From a virus (taxonomy: Duplodnaviria > Caudoviricetes), in the IMG/VR virus record IMGVR_UViG_3300012956_000012, positions 32,001-96,000 of that record: 64,000 nt of DNA. One strand, 5' to 3'. The notes beneath the pieces are model-generated. The model had not been told where the DNA came from. It worked only from the letters and a program-made list of their open reading frames with translations, and searched no databases. Within the stretch, counting starts at the first letter, position 1. Every line of letters begins with the position of its first letter. Positions 1 through 10,656 of the stretch are shown here, piece after piece. The position numbers and the translations under genes were made by a program.

Positions 1-3000
1 AGCATTCTGGATCACTTGTCTTGCTTTTGCTGAAGCTCTTTCAACAATACGATCGAACTCCGCTTGTGAACTACCTGCAAAAAGTTCTTTAAATTTACTA
101 TTGTAAGTAACTTTGTCCGCCGTTATATTTAGATAATCGTAGAACGAGTTCTTTTCTAGTTTATTCCAAGCAGCTTCTATTTCACTTTTAGTTATAGAAG
201 GGCTGTTTATTTTACTATGCTTAACAAACTCTGTATAAGATCTAAAAGATCCATCGGTATTTAATCTGTAGTCAGTAAGAATTGCAAGTATAATTTTTGG
301 ACCTACAGGTTGGTTGGCTGCTTTTGATCCTAAGAAAGGTAATTTGTTTATTACTCGTGCACCTCTTCCAAATGAAGACTCTTTAACTCGTCCTTCAACA
401 TCTTCTATACCAAAAAACTCTACTATCTGATTTAATTCACTTGTCTTATTTACTTTACCCATTTCAGCTAGATACTTAGCAGAATGTTTTCTAAGTAAAC
501 TGTTTGATCTATTAGCAGAGGATTTATGATAATAATCTCCAGCAAATCTATCTACAACGTTAGATATTATACCAGTGGTTGCAGATGTCAAGTCTACAAA
601 TGGGTTGAATGCTAGATTAGAGAATCTAGCCCACGCTTGTGCTCCCATACCTAACTTAGTTAAATCCACCTGCTTGCCAAATATCTCAACTTCAAAATGT
701 CTTGACTGTTGTATACCATACAACTGGTAGTCTAAATATTCTTTAATTTTTAAATAGTAATTTGAAACCGATCCTTCTTTTAGAATACGGTTGCGTCTTT
801 GAAAACCTCCATTACTGATAAATTGCTGGTTAGCTACCTTGTACTCCAAAGCTTTTAAAGTTCTTTCTGCTTTTCCTCTTTCTGTGTATAATACAGACTG
901 TTTTAAATCAATCAATGCTGCTGCAACAGTGTTATCGGTTAACATCGAAGGATCTTCTACTTTACTTTGGAAGTATTTAGGTATAATCTTAGCATCAATA
1001 GTGGAACCAATCTTATTCAAATCTTGATTATCAATTAGCTCGCCATACGCTTTTTCATCTTTTCTGTTTTGGAACAAGTCTTTAACACTATCTTTAAACT
1101 TAGAAACATCTTTCCAGTTAGAGGCTCTAGCAAATTTTTCAAATTTTGATGCTGTCATTTGAACAGCTAAAAATTCGCTTTGATTTCCTGTGTCTCCATG
1201 GTTTTCAATTACTTGCTTCTTAGCCTCTACAAGCAATGTCAGTAATCGATATTCTTCTTGATTTTGAGATGGAGACATTTGAGTCAAATCCATAGTTGGA
1301 TTTTTCAACCAAGTTTCCATGTCAATGCCATACCTTTTGAAGAAATCTTTGTTTATGTACTTCGATACATTAGGTTTTTCATAGTATCCTCCAGGCATAA
1401 ACAAAGGGTTGTTTAAATCCTCACCAGAAGTATCTTCCACCCAAGTGTAGTCTGGAACTATTTCCATATACTCTAAAGCTGGATATGCTTTCTGAAGCTC
1501 TGCTTTTTTGTTTTTATCAAGTACCTCAGAAACCTTTAATGATCCGTTTTTGAAGGCTTCCATAACTTGTTCGTAACCATTTGGCTCGTAACGTTGGAAG
1601 TAACTAGCTACATTTCTCTTAGCAAATTCCGTTTTTAATACCTCTACTTTTGTAGCAGTATCCATTGTATCATTAATCTTACCCTCTGCTTTCATATCAG
1701 AAATAAACCTTTCGTGAGAAAGTTTTACATAAGACGATTTATTAGATACGATATCTCTTACCTTGGAAGCAAAACTAAGTACCTTACCCTTATTCGCTTC
1801 AGTCATGTGACTTAGAGCGAAGTCGTATTCAGATAGCGGAGAATCTTTAGCTAATTTAATAAAATCTTCGTTTACTTGCTTTCTTGTAGTAGATACTCCA
1901 ACTTCTTTGAAGAACGATTGAGGTACATCTAATTCAGCATTTAAAACTGAAATACGGGAATCAATTTCTCGAAGTTTATCCTGAATTGGTCCGGGCATAT
2001 TTATCACATCAGTCTCTAAAGGGTTACCTATCTTTCTATTTTGACGTAGAATAGCCTTCTTCGATCTCTGTAAGCTTTTATACTCGTCTAAGACATCTTG
2101 TTTTCTATCTCTGTTATTTGTATCTGGAAGAGAGTTTATGTATTCTTGAGCTACTACGTCAAATGATTGGTAGGAACCAATATTGCTGTAGTAAGAGTCA
2201 TTAAGGGTGATTGTAGCATTAGATGATATCCAATCAAAGGCTCCTCCTGACTCTTCTTGTAGACGTACTTCTTCTTTGAAAGCATCATTAGGATCACTAG
2301 TTTTACTCTTTTCTTTCAATTCTTTTCTATAAAGCATAGAGAGGTTAAAAGAGTCTAGTGCAACTCTGGATTCCTCTGGTAGGTCTTCAATATTGTATCC
2401 ATTCTCCAAGACAACTAAGTCTCCAGGAAAAGTAAACTCACTATCAATGTAGAATAGTTTATCCTGCTCTTCTTGTGTTAGCTGTGACAATTTAACTTGT
2501 CTAAGTCCTTCCTTTATATTACCAAATTGATCTACAACAGATAATGCTGCAGCTTTTGATCGCTTAGCTGCTGCTAACATTATTTTATCACCTTCTGAAA
2601 GCTTACTTTTGTCTATAGTTCCATTTTTATTTAACGCTCCCGCTTGCTTTAAAATGTCATAAACATTTGAGTTTGCGTTAGAAATGTACTCTTGTGTTGC
2701 TAGACTTACTCCAGCTGTAGTAAATCGCTCTTTTCTTTTTTCGTAATATTCTGGTTTGAATCGAAGTTCGCTATTATTCTCTTTCCACACCTTCATTTCC
2801 TTATTGTATTCGGAAATTAACTTTTCATCTTTTAGAACTTGAGCTGGTGTGAATTTTTCTAATAATTGCTTTACTTGTAAAGTGTCTTTACTAGTTAATT
2901 GAGTTACTATCTCAACTTGTCTGTTAAATTTATCGTTATCGTACCCATCCTGATCAATAGGAGACCAGTAGTAGAATGTTCCTTTTCCGTTCTTCTCTTG

Positions 3001-5079
3001 TCTTACTGTTTTTTGGTACTTATCTAGGCCTTGACTATAAATTTCTTCTAAAAAAGGGTCCGAGAATTTTTTAAAGGTGGAGTTTACTCTCTGCCCCATG
3101 TCACTTACTACTCTGGCAATCATTTGCACAACAGGGTTTTGCATTTGAGACATAAGCCCAAGCGCACTTCCTAAAACAGTTGTATCTCTGATGTTTCCTT
3201 CAATCTGAGACTTTACAGTTTCGATCTCCTTGTCAGTCATGTTAGATGTATCGAACTGTCTCTCAAATTCTTTCTGAACAGTATTTTCAAAATCCTGATT
3301 CATCCTAGGTTGGATATAAGATTTTGACTTTTCAATACTATCTATGGTTTCAACAAGTGAGTCAATTAAAGGTTTATTAGTACTTGTTTTAGCCAATTTA
3401 ACTAACCTGAGCTTCATATCATTTAACCCAGGAAGGATATTGTTTGTAAGGGTATCGTACCTCTTAGCATCCATTGTACTGATAGGTTCATTGTTTGCCT
3501 CAATCTTATCTAGGTTTGCAGCTAGCACCTTATACTGGCTATCAGCAATACTGGCAATAGTATTCACAGAACTTAGGATGGAGATTTCATCCATATTTTC
3601 TGAAATACGTTCTAACTCTGATTTATTTGGTACCTGTTGTTTTAAAACTCTTCGGTACATATCTTGTATCTGACTTGCTACAACTCTTAAGTTACTCTCG
3701 ATAGTTTTTGCATCGTTAGGCATTGCATTGTAGTAGAAGTTTGCCGAGGAAGTTTCCTTGTTAAACTTGGCCATATTCGCCCCCATAACAGCTTCTGCAA
3801 TTTGAGAGTTCAATCTGTCTAAAGATTTTCTATGGTGTGGTTTAAGAGCATCAGTAATTGTTGTCTTGAAATAGTTGAATATCTCAAGCAACTTATCAAT
3901 TAGTGATAATCTCTCTTCAGATTGATTAGCTGTATCAAAATTGGTTTTAAATTCTTTTGCTAATATCTTACCTAAGACTTCTTTTCTTACTTGATCTTCT
4001 AATTCTAAACCTTCATAGAATGGTGCGTACTTCTCTTTATAGTATGCAGCGTACTGACCATATTCTGGGGTCATGTGCACAGTAGCTAGGGCGCCGGAGA
4101 TAGAGTTCTGATCATTGTAAAACTCAATAGCTATGTGAGCTACCTCTTCAGATAGATCTTCAATAGTTACTTTACCTTCAGCAAAGGCTACCACACGGTT
4201 AACCATGTCAGATATAGCTTGGATATCCGGATCCTTACCGTATTTTGTATTGTAATTTTTTCTGTATTCTTCCAGTGTTGTAGGTGTAAATCCAAGAGTA
4301 GTTAAGAAGCTATTCAAACTTCTTAAAATGCTTTTTGCCTTTTGAGTTGTTTCAGAAAATGATGCTTCTTGAGTTACATCGTACTTCTTGTTTGCCGTTA
4401 AATAGCGGACCACTAAATCTACTTGGTTTTTATAAGTGTTGTCATTTAACTTGCTTGGAATATCTTGGATCAAAAATACATCTTGTTCCTTTTCTTTTTC
4501 AGCTACAACTAAGTCTGATTGGAACTCAACTTCTAAAGTCCCGTCTTTATTCACAGTAGTATACACTCCGAGATCTACTAAAGCATTTGCCCTTACCATC
4601 TGAGCAGTTACTTTCTTCGTTTCAGTGAAAGACCCCTTACCTTGAAATCTAGTAACACCATCTTCACCTAAAACTCTATCAGCAGACAATACTCCCTCTC
4701 GAACTCCATCTGTCAAGAAAGTAACTCTTTCACTAGAAGCTGTGTCAAACTTTGCGATAGGTGTGAATTCTCCATCAGTAGTTTTAAATCCCATAGCAGC
4801 TTGGCCATCAAGATCTGAAATTATTAAAGACTCTAGTGTTTCAAATTCCTTACCGCCTGGTGCTTTGTAGAACAACTTTGGTTCCCCTGTTTCATATTTT
4901 TGAAGGTCTTGTTTCTCAAACTTATCTGAGTATGCATTTGCCATTAATCTTAATGATGTGTCTGCATCACCTAAATAGATATTACTATGGATAGCCTTAA
5001 ACAACTCTGAAGGTTTACCCTCTGGAGTTGTTACTTTTACTACATTACCTTCTGCGTTTCTTTGTATTAAACAGTTCAT
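1..5079 (-). CDS. Giant virion ejection/cargo protein, >=1693 aa, truncated at the window edge (not in the ORF track)
   Basis: ATG at 5079 overlaps the upstream TAA (TAATG). It begins MNCLIQRNAEGNVVKVTTPEGKPSELFKAI and the same frame is open at position 1 (...EFDRIVERASAKARQVIQNA). A degenerate zincin motif EEVAH lies at 4149-4135. The interior was spot-checked, not fully translated. Confidence 0.85.
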   Translation of the reverse strand, partial: MNCLIQRNAEGNVVKVTTPEGKPSELFKAIHSNIYLGDADTSLRLMANAYSDKFEKQDLQKYETGEPKLFYKAPGGKEFETLESLIISDLDGQAAMGFKTTDGEFTPIAKFDTASSERVTFLTDGVREGVLSADRVLGEDGVTRFQGKGSFTETKKVTAQMVRANALVDLGVYTTVNKDGTLEVEFQSDLVVAEKEKEQDVFLIQDIPSKLNDNTYKNQVDLVVRYLTANKKYDVTQEASFSETTQKAKSILRSLNSFLTTLGFTPTTLEEYRKNYNTKYGKDPDIQAISDMVNRVVAFAEGKVTIEDLSEEVAHIAIEFYNDQNSISGALATVHMTPEYGQYAAYYKEKYAPFYEGLELEDQVRKEVLGKILAKEFKTNFDTANQSEERLSLIDKLLEIFNYFKTTITDALKPHHRKSLDRLNSQIAEAVMGANMAKFNKETSSANFYYNAMPNDAKTIESNLRVVASQIQDMYRRVLKQQVPNKSELERISENMDEISILSSVNTIASIADSQYKVLAANLDKIEANNEPISTMDAKRYDTLTNNILPGLNDMKLRLVKLAKTSTNKPLIDSLVETIDSIEKSKSYIQPRMNQDFENTVQKEFERQFDTSNMTDKEIETVKSQIEGNIRDTTVLGSALGLMSQMQNPVVQMIARVVSDMGQRVNSTFKKFSDPFLEEIYSQGLDKYQKTVRQEKNGKGTFYYWSPIDQDGYDNDKFNRQVEIVTQLTSKDTLQVKQLLEKFTPAQVLKDEKLISEYNKEMKVWKENNSELRFKPEYYEKRKERFTTAGVSLATQEYISNANSNVYDILKQAGALNKNGTIDKSKLSEGDKIMLAAAKRSKAAALSVVDQFGNIKEGLRQVKLSQLTQEEQDKLFYIDSEFTFPGDLVVLENGYNIEDLPEESRVALDSFNLSMLYRKELKEKSKTSDPNDAFKEEVRLQEESGGAFDWISSNATITLNDSYYSNIGSYQSFDVVAQEYINSLPDTNNRDRKQDVLDEYKSLQRSKKAILRQNRKIGNPLETDVINMPGPIQDKLREIDSRISVLNAELDVPQSFFKEVGVSTTRKQVNEDFIKLAKDSPLSEYDFALSHMTEANKGKVLSFASKVRDIVSNKSSYVKLSHERFISDMKAEGKINDTMDTATKVEVLKTEFAKRNVASYFQRYEPNGYEQVMEAFKNGSLKVSEVLDKNKKAELQKAYPALEYMEIVPDYTWVEDTSGEDLNNPLFMPGGYYEKPNVSKYINKDFFKRYGIDMETWLKNPTMDLTQMSPSQNQEEYRLLTLLVEAKKQVIENHGDTGNQSEFLAVQMTASKFEKFARASNWKDVSKFKDSVKDLFQNRKDEKAYGELIDNQDLNKIGSTIDAKIIPKYFQSKVEDPSMLTDNTVAAALIDLKQSVLYTERGKAERTLKALEYKVANQQFISNGGFQRRNRILKEGSVSNYYLKIKEYLDYQLYGIQQSRHFEVEIFGKQVDLTKLGMGAQAWARFSNLAFNPFVDLTSATTGIISNVVDRFAGDYYHKSSANRSNSLLRKHSAKYLAEMGKVNKTSELNQIVEFFGIEDVEGRVKESSFGRGARVINKLPFLGSKAANQPVGPKIILAILTDYRLNTDGSFRSYTEFVKHSKINSPSITKSEIEAAWNKLEKNSFYDYLNITADKVTYNSKFKELFAGSSQAEFDRIVERASAKARQVIQNA

Positions 5080-5447
5080 TAAAAGTTCATTAGTTGTTCA
5101 AAAGTTCTTCTGTTTGTGATCCTTACTTTGTCCCCCACCTTAGAGTTGGTTATGTCGATAGCTCCTATTGGATTTCCATCTACTCTTTTGATGCAGTATA
5201 AGAACCATCCAGACTCAGCTATTTTTTCACAATTTACAATTTTGTATTTTGTTTTAAGCATACCTGTCTGAATAATCTCTCCAGGACTAAGCCTTTCTTT
5301 TATGCCAATAAAAGCTCTTTTACCAGGCTTTGTCATTTCGTCAGTTACTGTTGTCCAAGCAACTCTTACTGATGAAAAGAGGGATAGATCGTTCAAAGAC
5401 ATGTCTACTCCCTCTAGTCTAAAATCTCTTGGATCATCCACAGGCAT
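5079..5447 (-). CDS. Hypothetical protein, 122 aa
   Basis: ORF overlaps both neighbours and is on the operon strand. Confidence 0.7.
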   Translation of the reverse strand: MPVDDPRDFRLEGVDMSLNDLSLFSSVRVAWTTVTDEMTKPGKRAFIGIKERLSPGEIIQTGMLKTKYKIVNCEKIAESGWFLYCIKRVDGNPIGAIDITNSKVGDKVRITNRRTFEQLMNF

Positions 5448-8400
5448 TCATTTTTTCTTGAATATTGTCTTTTTCAGAGTACGAATCTACAAATATTAGA
5501 TTAGAATCCAAAATAGATTGTACATTACTTATTTTTTTGCCGAAGTCATCTCGAAGCATACTTGTCGTAACTCTGTTTAGAATATCTTGAGTTGTAAGTT
5601 GAGAGGCTTGTTCTGAAGTCATTCCTTTAAAGCCAAGTTGATTTGCAATCCAACTTGAAAACTCTTTTATGAAAGCTTTTACTTTTTCAATAAAAGATGT
5701 AGCTTCTTTCTCATTCATACCCATTTCCTTTGTAAAGGACTCTAAGTACTGCTCAGCATTGGCGCCAAGTAGGTTAGCTTCTAACTCCTCTTTCATTCTA
5801 GAGATATAGCCCTCTCTTGATTCACCTTGTCTTGGGTTGTACGCTTCTGAAGTTAAATCAGCTTGTGGTGATATGCCTTGTTGGAATCTCATTCGAAGTC
5901 TGTCTGCCACAGGTACGTCAGTATAAGATTCGATAAGAGACTTAGATTGTTGCTCTTCTGTCATGCCAAATCTTTTAGCCACTGCTCTCGCTGTAACCTC
6001 TCCAGCAACTTTTCTGTAAGTATCTACAAGCCAAAAGCTCTCTTGCATGTCTGAAGATAAAAAGATATTAACTGTGTCTAGTAAATAAATATCCTCTGGA
6101 TCGATTGTTTTTTCTTTAGCTTCTGCTATTTTCGATATTGCGGAAAATTTAGTATCTTCTTCTCCAATTCCTGCAAGCTTAAATCCGGCTTGTAATACGC
6201 CAGAAGGTGAAGATCCCTGTACGTAACCTTCCTCCCTTTGTATATGATGAAGGAATTCATGCGCAAGGTTTGCTCCTGCGTTAGCTCCGTTGATATTTTC
6301 ATATCCTCTATCTTGGGGAGTGTCATATCTTTCTTTTGTAGATTTTTGACCTCTTGCATCCAAGTATATAATGGATTCAGCTCGGTTATATCCATTAACT
6401 CCCGACCTGTTAAATTGTACATTAACATCTCCATACGCTTGTGTAAGTTTCGTATCTTCAACTATTTCAGATAACTTATAATTTTCTCCTAAGTTAACAC
6501 TTTTTACTTTAAATTGCAAATCTGGAATTTCCATTACCCAGTTTCCATCTAGCCTTTCCCATCCAGTTGCCTCTTTTATTTTAAGTGGAGTTATTCTTTG
6601 TACTTCCAATTTTTTAGCTAAGGCTAGGTTGTTCAGCTCTTGCTCAGTTTCTGGTATACTTAAAATACCCTTTTCACCTATAATTTGAAAAGACTCATTT
6701 CTTCTTGATCTACTTATAACTAATTGGTCCTCTAGCGGTATCCCCTCCTGTTCAGCTAAAGCTTCTTTTACTTCGCTTATAGTTACTCCGTCTAGTGTAC
6801 CACCATTGTTCAATTTTAAGTATGCTAATTCAATAGCTCTAGCTTCTACCTCTCCATAGAGCATCTCATAAGCTAACTGTGCTGCAGTGGAGTTACCATT
6901 TAATAGACCATCTACAACTACTTTTGCTGCCTGTAGAACTTTTACGTCTTCAGTCGTTAAATCTTCTTTTAATTTTTCATCTATTTTTTTAATCACTGTC
7001 GGTGATATACTAGCTCTTTCTCCAATCAATTCTGCTGCTCTTCTAACTACTGTGTAAGGGTCGCCTCCAGTTGGAAGTAGCTCTATTTCTTGGATGATGT
7101 GGGCAATCTCGTGAACGTATGATGCGACAATGCTGTCTTCCAGTGTAATTTCATTATAGGTTCTTCCAATTCCTCCAAGGTATATTCCTCTATAGGCTTC
7201 GAGAGCTCTAGCTTCATTGATCCATATTTTCGCTCCATCCTTAAAAGATGCTCTTGCAAATTGCCCTTCATCCAATCCGTACTCATGTTCTACTTTTATA
7301 TTTTTTAGTTCTGGGTAATACTTAAATAAAATGTTGTCTTCTAAAACTTCACCTAATGTGGTTTCTGTACCTACTTGGGGAAATGTATTGTTTTTAAATT
7401 TTAACTGTTTTAATACGTTTGCGTCAAAGTATGTCCATTTTCCTTTGTACTCTGACCAACCTGTTATCACTTCTACTGCTGATTTGTCTGTACCTTCTTC
7501 TAATAATTTTTTAGCTTGTTGTAATTTATTATAAGCTTCTTCATCTCTTTGGGCCCCTTGTTCACCTATAATTTGAAAAGATTCACTTCCAGAGAAGTCT
7601 AAATTATTGCTTTTGCCAAGGAAGTCGTCAAACTTTTTACTGAACACCTCTTCATTAAAACCTTCAGATACTAGTTGGTCCATTTTATCAAGCAATGTTT
7701 TTGCATCGGTATCTCCATTCGCAGCAGCTTTTTTAACTACTGGTTTGTAGAGGTGCCATAGCTCGTGTATTAACGTGTTTGAATTTAATACGTCCTCTGC
7801 CAGATAGATTTGATCTGTTGCTGGATCGTAGAAACCATATACTGTTTCTCCTTTTTTGAAGAATTGTACTCTCTCTTCAATGGTAATTGCATTCCCATCA
7901 AATACTACGTAGTTGAAACCTTGTTTTTCAGCGTTTGCTTCGTCAATAGAGAGTAAGTTGTCTTTATATTTTACACCGTCTATACCTGCCCTTAGTAAGA
8001 ACAAAGAGGCATCCTTATCCGACTCTAATATCTTTTTTATCTTCTTGTACGTAGATGCTCCGTCATTGATTGGTCCGAACTGTGTTCGTCTTGCTTCTTC
8101 TACACTTGTGCCGTCTCCTTCTATGGCTCTCCTAATAAGAGGGCTATAATCATCAAATTTGGATCTTAAGCCCTCTTTGTCAATATTCTCTAATATTTTA
8201 TTCGCATTTTCTTCGCTTAGCTTGGCATCCCACTCTAGCCAAGAATAGTCTCCTGGCTGTTTTCCTTTGTGTAGGGATACTTTGTATAAGTAATTCTTTG
8301 CGTAGTTTTTAGCGATATCCTCTAACTCAGTGAAGTATAACCCCCACCCATAATTCTGCCTACCTTTTCCTGTACCCATAGCCTCCGTTGTAAATGAAGC

Positions 8401-10656
8401 TATATCATAAGGAGACCCATGGTATGCTTCAACCATAGCTTGGATAGAATCATACCCCCTCTTCTGAAGCTCCTCTTGTACCTGTTCTGGTGTAAGGATG
8501 TTTACATTAATACCTAGATTTTTCTCCATGTATTGCGAAATCATTCTTACCTGGTCTCTTCTTTGAGTTGTAGTTGGTTTGAATGGTTCTTTTATAGAGT
8601 CTACTTTTTCCTGTACTTTTTCTGAAGTAGTTGTATCCAGGCCAAAGTTTACCGCGGACATGAAATCTTTAGCTTGTCTTGCATCAAACTTCACGTCCGT
8701 TTTTGAGTTGTAGTAAGTCGTATTGTTTTCTGTGTCTACCTGAACAAAAAGTTGTCTGTTACCCTCTACAATTACTTTTTTGTAAAGCATGTTGTTCAAC
8801 TTTTTATAAGTTCCAGCAGTATTGCTTGTTAAAATAAAAGGTCCTTCTACAAGTATGTCTGCAGTAAATGGTTGAGCCTCCTCTGGAAAATTCTGGAAGA
8901 AAGTGTCTTCGTCTAAAATAGTGCTTGAAGGTTCAGAGAGTAGATAATCCATTCCAGACTCTCTTTTCAATCTGATATAATCCTTCAATTCGGTACTCAT
9001 TTCAATATCGTCAATTGAGTCGATAGTACCTTTAATAGAGATGTCAGAGTCAGTGATCCTGAATTTAGACAAAGTTGTTCTATAAACTTCTGAGTCAGCT
9101 AATTTCTCTCGTAAAATATAGTTGTAGAAATCCTCTACAAATCTTGATTGTAGATAGTCCTTATCCGTAGTAATAGAGTTTAACTGCAACACAGCATCTT
9201 TTTTGGATGCCTTATAAATTGGTTTGTGTTCAAACACTACCTGATTTAAAGATACTTCCTCGTTTGCCTCTACTTGTAATCCTATATTTCTACTATTTAC
9301 AAATACAGCTAGTTCTTTTAATACAGCCTCTTTATTATTGATATCAGAGTTGATCTTAACCGGTGAGTTACCTTTCATCACTTGATCGTAAAGGTACTCA
9401 TACATTTGGTCTACTTGACCTCTTTGTACTTTGTGGTAAAGTTTCTCCCCGACTTTAATCAATCCATGCTCTGAGAAAAGCTCGTTGTCAGTTAAATTTG
9501 TGTCTAAGTTTACAATAGTTAGGTTACTGTAAACATCATCTAACAATTCGTATGTTACTGGACTTTGATCAGACTTCAATACTTTATCCGAAAACTGAGT
9601 TGCAAACTCTTGGATATTCGTATCTGTTGGGTCTTTTACTACCTTTGATAAACCTACTAGTAAATCAATAACACCTTGCTTGTCGTTGGACAAATCAGAT
9701 ATTCCAATTACATCTACATTGATAGAAACAAAATCACTTTCAATTTCTTTTAGTACAGTCTTAATTTGTGGTTGCATAGCTGACCAAATATTATCATCTA
9801 TGGAAACCAAATATTCTAGCTCAGCATCTATTATTGCCGGGTTTATGTTAACGCTTACAGTGTTCTTTAAAGTTGTGTAGTAAGTGTTGTCTCCTGTCGA
9901 TAGCTTGTTTCCTAAAAAGGAAACTACTGGCACCTTTTTCAGGGATTGAATTCTATCTGTAACTTTTTTCCTGAATGCCTGGCTTGAGAAGAAACTTTCT
10001 GAAAATTCTCTGAAAGAAGATTCGTTTACTGCTTCGTCTAGCGTCATTCCTTTTGCTAAATTATCAAATAATTCTTGATCAACTTCTTTTTCCGAAGCTT
10101 TAGTAAAGGAACCAAATATTGTCTTGTTCTCGCTATCCTTGTAGTAAACCTTTCCTGTCTCAGGCTCAACTGTGATATCCTCCTTTGTAAGGTGCGATTC
10201 TATCTTACTGATGATGTTTATTAAAGATTGTGGCTCCAATTCAAAAGCCTCCTCTTGCGAGTATAATCCAGACGCCACAGCTCTAGGTACACTTATCTCA
10301 AAAAAGCCGTCTGGTTTGAATACAGCATTCATTACCCCACTTAGTTTTGATAATGTTTCAATACCATTTCGTTTCATAAACTCTTTAACTTCGAAGGTCT
10401 CTCTTGTAGAAAGCCTTTCCATTACAGGTGTCGTATAAAACTTAAACACATCTGCCAAAGTAGCGTCTGACTGACTTTTTCCAGTTGCAGTTTCAAACTC
10501 TGGTAAGTAAGAAGAAGCCCATAAATTAAGGGCCTCTTCCTGACTTTGTGTATATCTTAGTGCGTCAGCATACAATTTGTTAACTGTTCCGTCTTCGTTT
10601 GTTACAATCTTATCTCCAGATGGAGTGATTGTTATTTTGCATTTTAATCCCATCAA
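5434..10656 (-). CDS. Polyvalent ejection protein: ART-PolyVal-like ADP-ribosyltransferase, zincin metallopeptidase and two LPD23-like + zincin modules
   Basis: AYHGSP...GWGLYFTE...GIDGVKY...YVVFD (ART); GFYDP...HELWH; two copies of FQIIGE.G...TGW...W followed by HEIAH/HEFLH and GEVEAR/GEVTAR. Confidence 0.85.
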   Translation of the reverse strand: MMGLKCKITITPSGDKIVTNEDGTVNKLYADALRYTQSQEEALNLWASSYLPEFETATGKSQSDATLADVFKFYTTPVMERLSTRETFEVKEFMKRNGIETLSKLSGVMNAVFKPDGFFEISVPRAVASGLYSQEEAFELEPQSLINIISKIESHLTKEDITVEPETGKVYYKDSENKTIFGSFTKASEKEVDQELFDNLAKGMTLDEAVNESSFREFSESFFSSQAFRKKVTDRIQSLKKVPVVSFLGNKLSTGDNTYYTTLKNTVSVNINPAIIDAELEYLVSIDDNIWSAMQPQIKTVLKEIESDFVSINVDVIGISDLSNDKQGVIDLLVGLSKVVKDPTDTNIQEFATQFSDKVLKSDQSPVTYELLDDVYSNLTIVNLDTNLTDNELFSEHGLIKVGEKLYHKVQRGQVDQMYEYLYDQVMKGNSPVKINSDINNKEAVLKELAVFVNSRNIGLQVEANEEVSLNQVVFEHKPIYKASKKDAVLQLNSITTDKDYLQSRFVEDFYNYILREKLADSEVYRTTLSKFRITDSDISIKGTIDSIDDIEMSTELKDYIRLKRESGMDYLLSEPSSTILDEDTFFQNFPEEAQPFTADILVEGPFILTSNTAGTYKKLNNMLYKKVIVEGNRQLFVQVDTENNTTYYNSKTDVKFDARQAKDFMSAVNFGLDTTTSEKVQEKVDSIKEPFKPTTTQRRDQVRMISQYMEKNLGINVNILTPEQVQEELQKRGYDSIQAMVEAYHGSPYDIASFTTEAMGTGKGRQNYGWGLYFTELEDIAKNYAKNYLYKVSLHKGKQPGDYSWLEWDAKLSEENANKILENIDKEGLRSKFDDYSPLIRRAIEGDGTSVEEARRTQFGPINDGASTYKKIKKILESDKDASLFLLRAGIDGVKYKDNLLSIDEANAEKQGFNYVVFDGNAITIEERVQFFKKGETVYGFYDPATDQIYLAEDVLNSNTLIHELWHLYKPVVKKAAANGDTDAKTLLDKMDQLVSEGFNEEVFSKKFDDFLGKSNNLDFSGSESFQIIGEQGAQRDEEAYNKLQQAKKLLEEGTDKSAVEVITGWSEYKGKWTYFDANVLKQLKFKNNTFPQVGTETTLGEVLEDNILFKYYPELKNIKVEHEYGLDEGQFARASFKDGAKIWINEARALEAYRGIYLGGIGRTYNEITLEDSIVASYVHEIAHIIQEIELLPTGGDPYTVVRRAAELIGERASISPTVIKKIDEKLKEDLTTEDVKVLQAAKVVVDGLLNGNSTAAQLAYEMLYGEVEARAIELAYLKLNNGGTLDGVTISEVKEALAEQEGIPLEDQLVISRSRRNESFQIIGEKGILSIPETEQELNNLALAKKLEVQRITPLKIKEATGWERLDGNWVMEIPDLQFKVKSVNLGENYKLSEIVEDTKLTQAYGDVNVQFNRSGVNGYNRAESIIYLDARGQKSTKERYDTPQDRGYENINGANAGANLAHEFLHHIQREEGYVQGSSPSGVLQAGFKLAGIGEEDTKFSAISKIAEAKEKTIDPEDIYLLDTVNIFLSSDMQESFWLVDTYRKVAGEVTARAVAKRFGMTEEQQSKSLIESYTDVPVADRLRMRFQQGISPQADLTSEAYNPRQGESREGYISRMKEELEANLLGANAEQYLESFTKEMGMNEKEATSFIEKVKAFIKEFSSWIANQLGFKGMTSEQASQLTTQDILNRVTTSMLRDDFGKKISNVQSILDSNLIFVDSYSEKDNIQEKMNACG
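6673..7581. repeat. Exact 21-nt direct repeat TTCACCTATAATTTGAAAAGA at 6673-6693 and 7561-7581
   Basis: Read directly. It encodes SFQIIGE at the start of each LPD23-like module. Confidence 0.9.
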
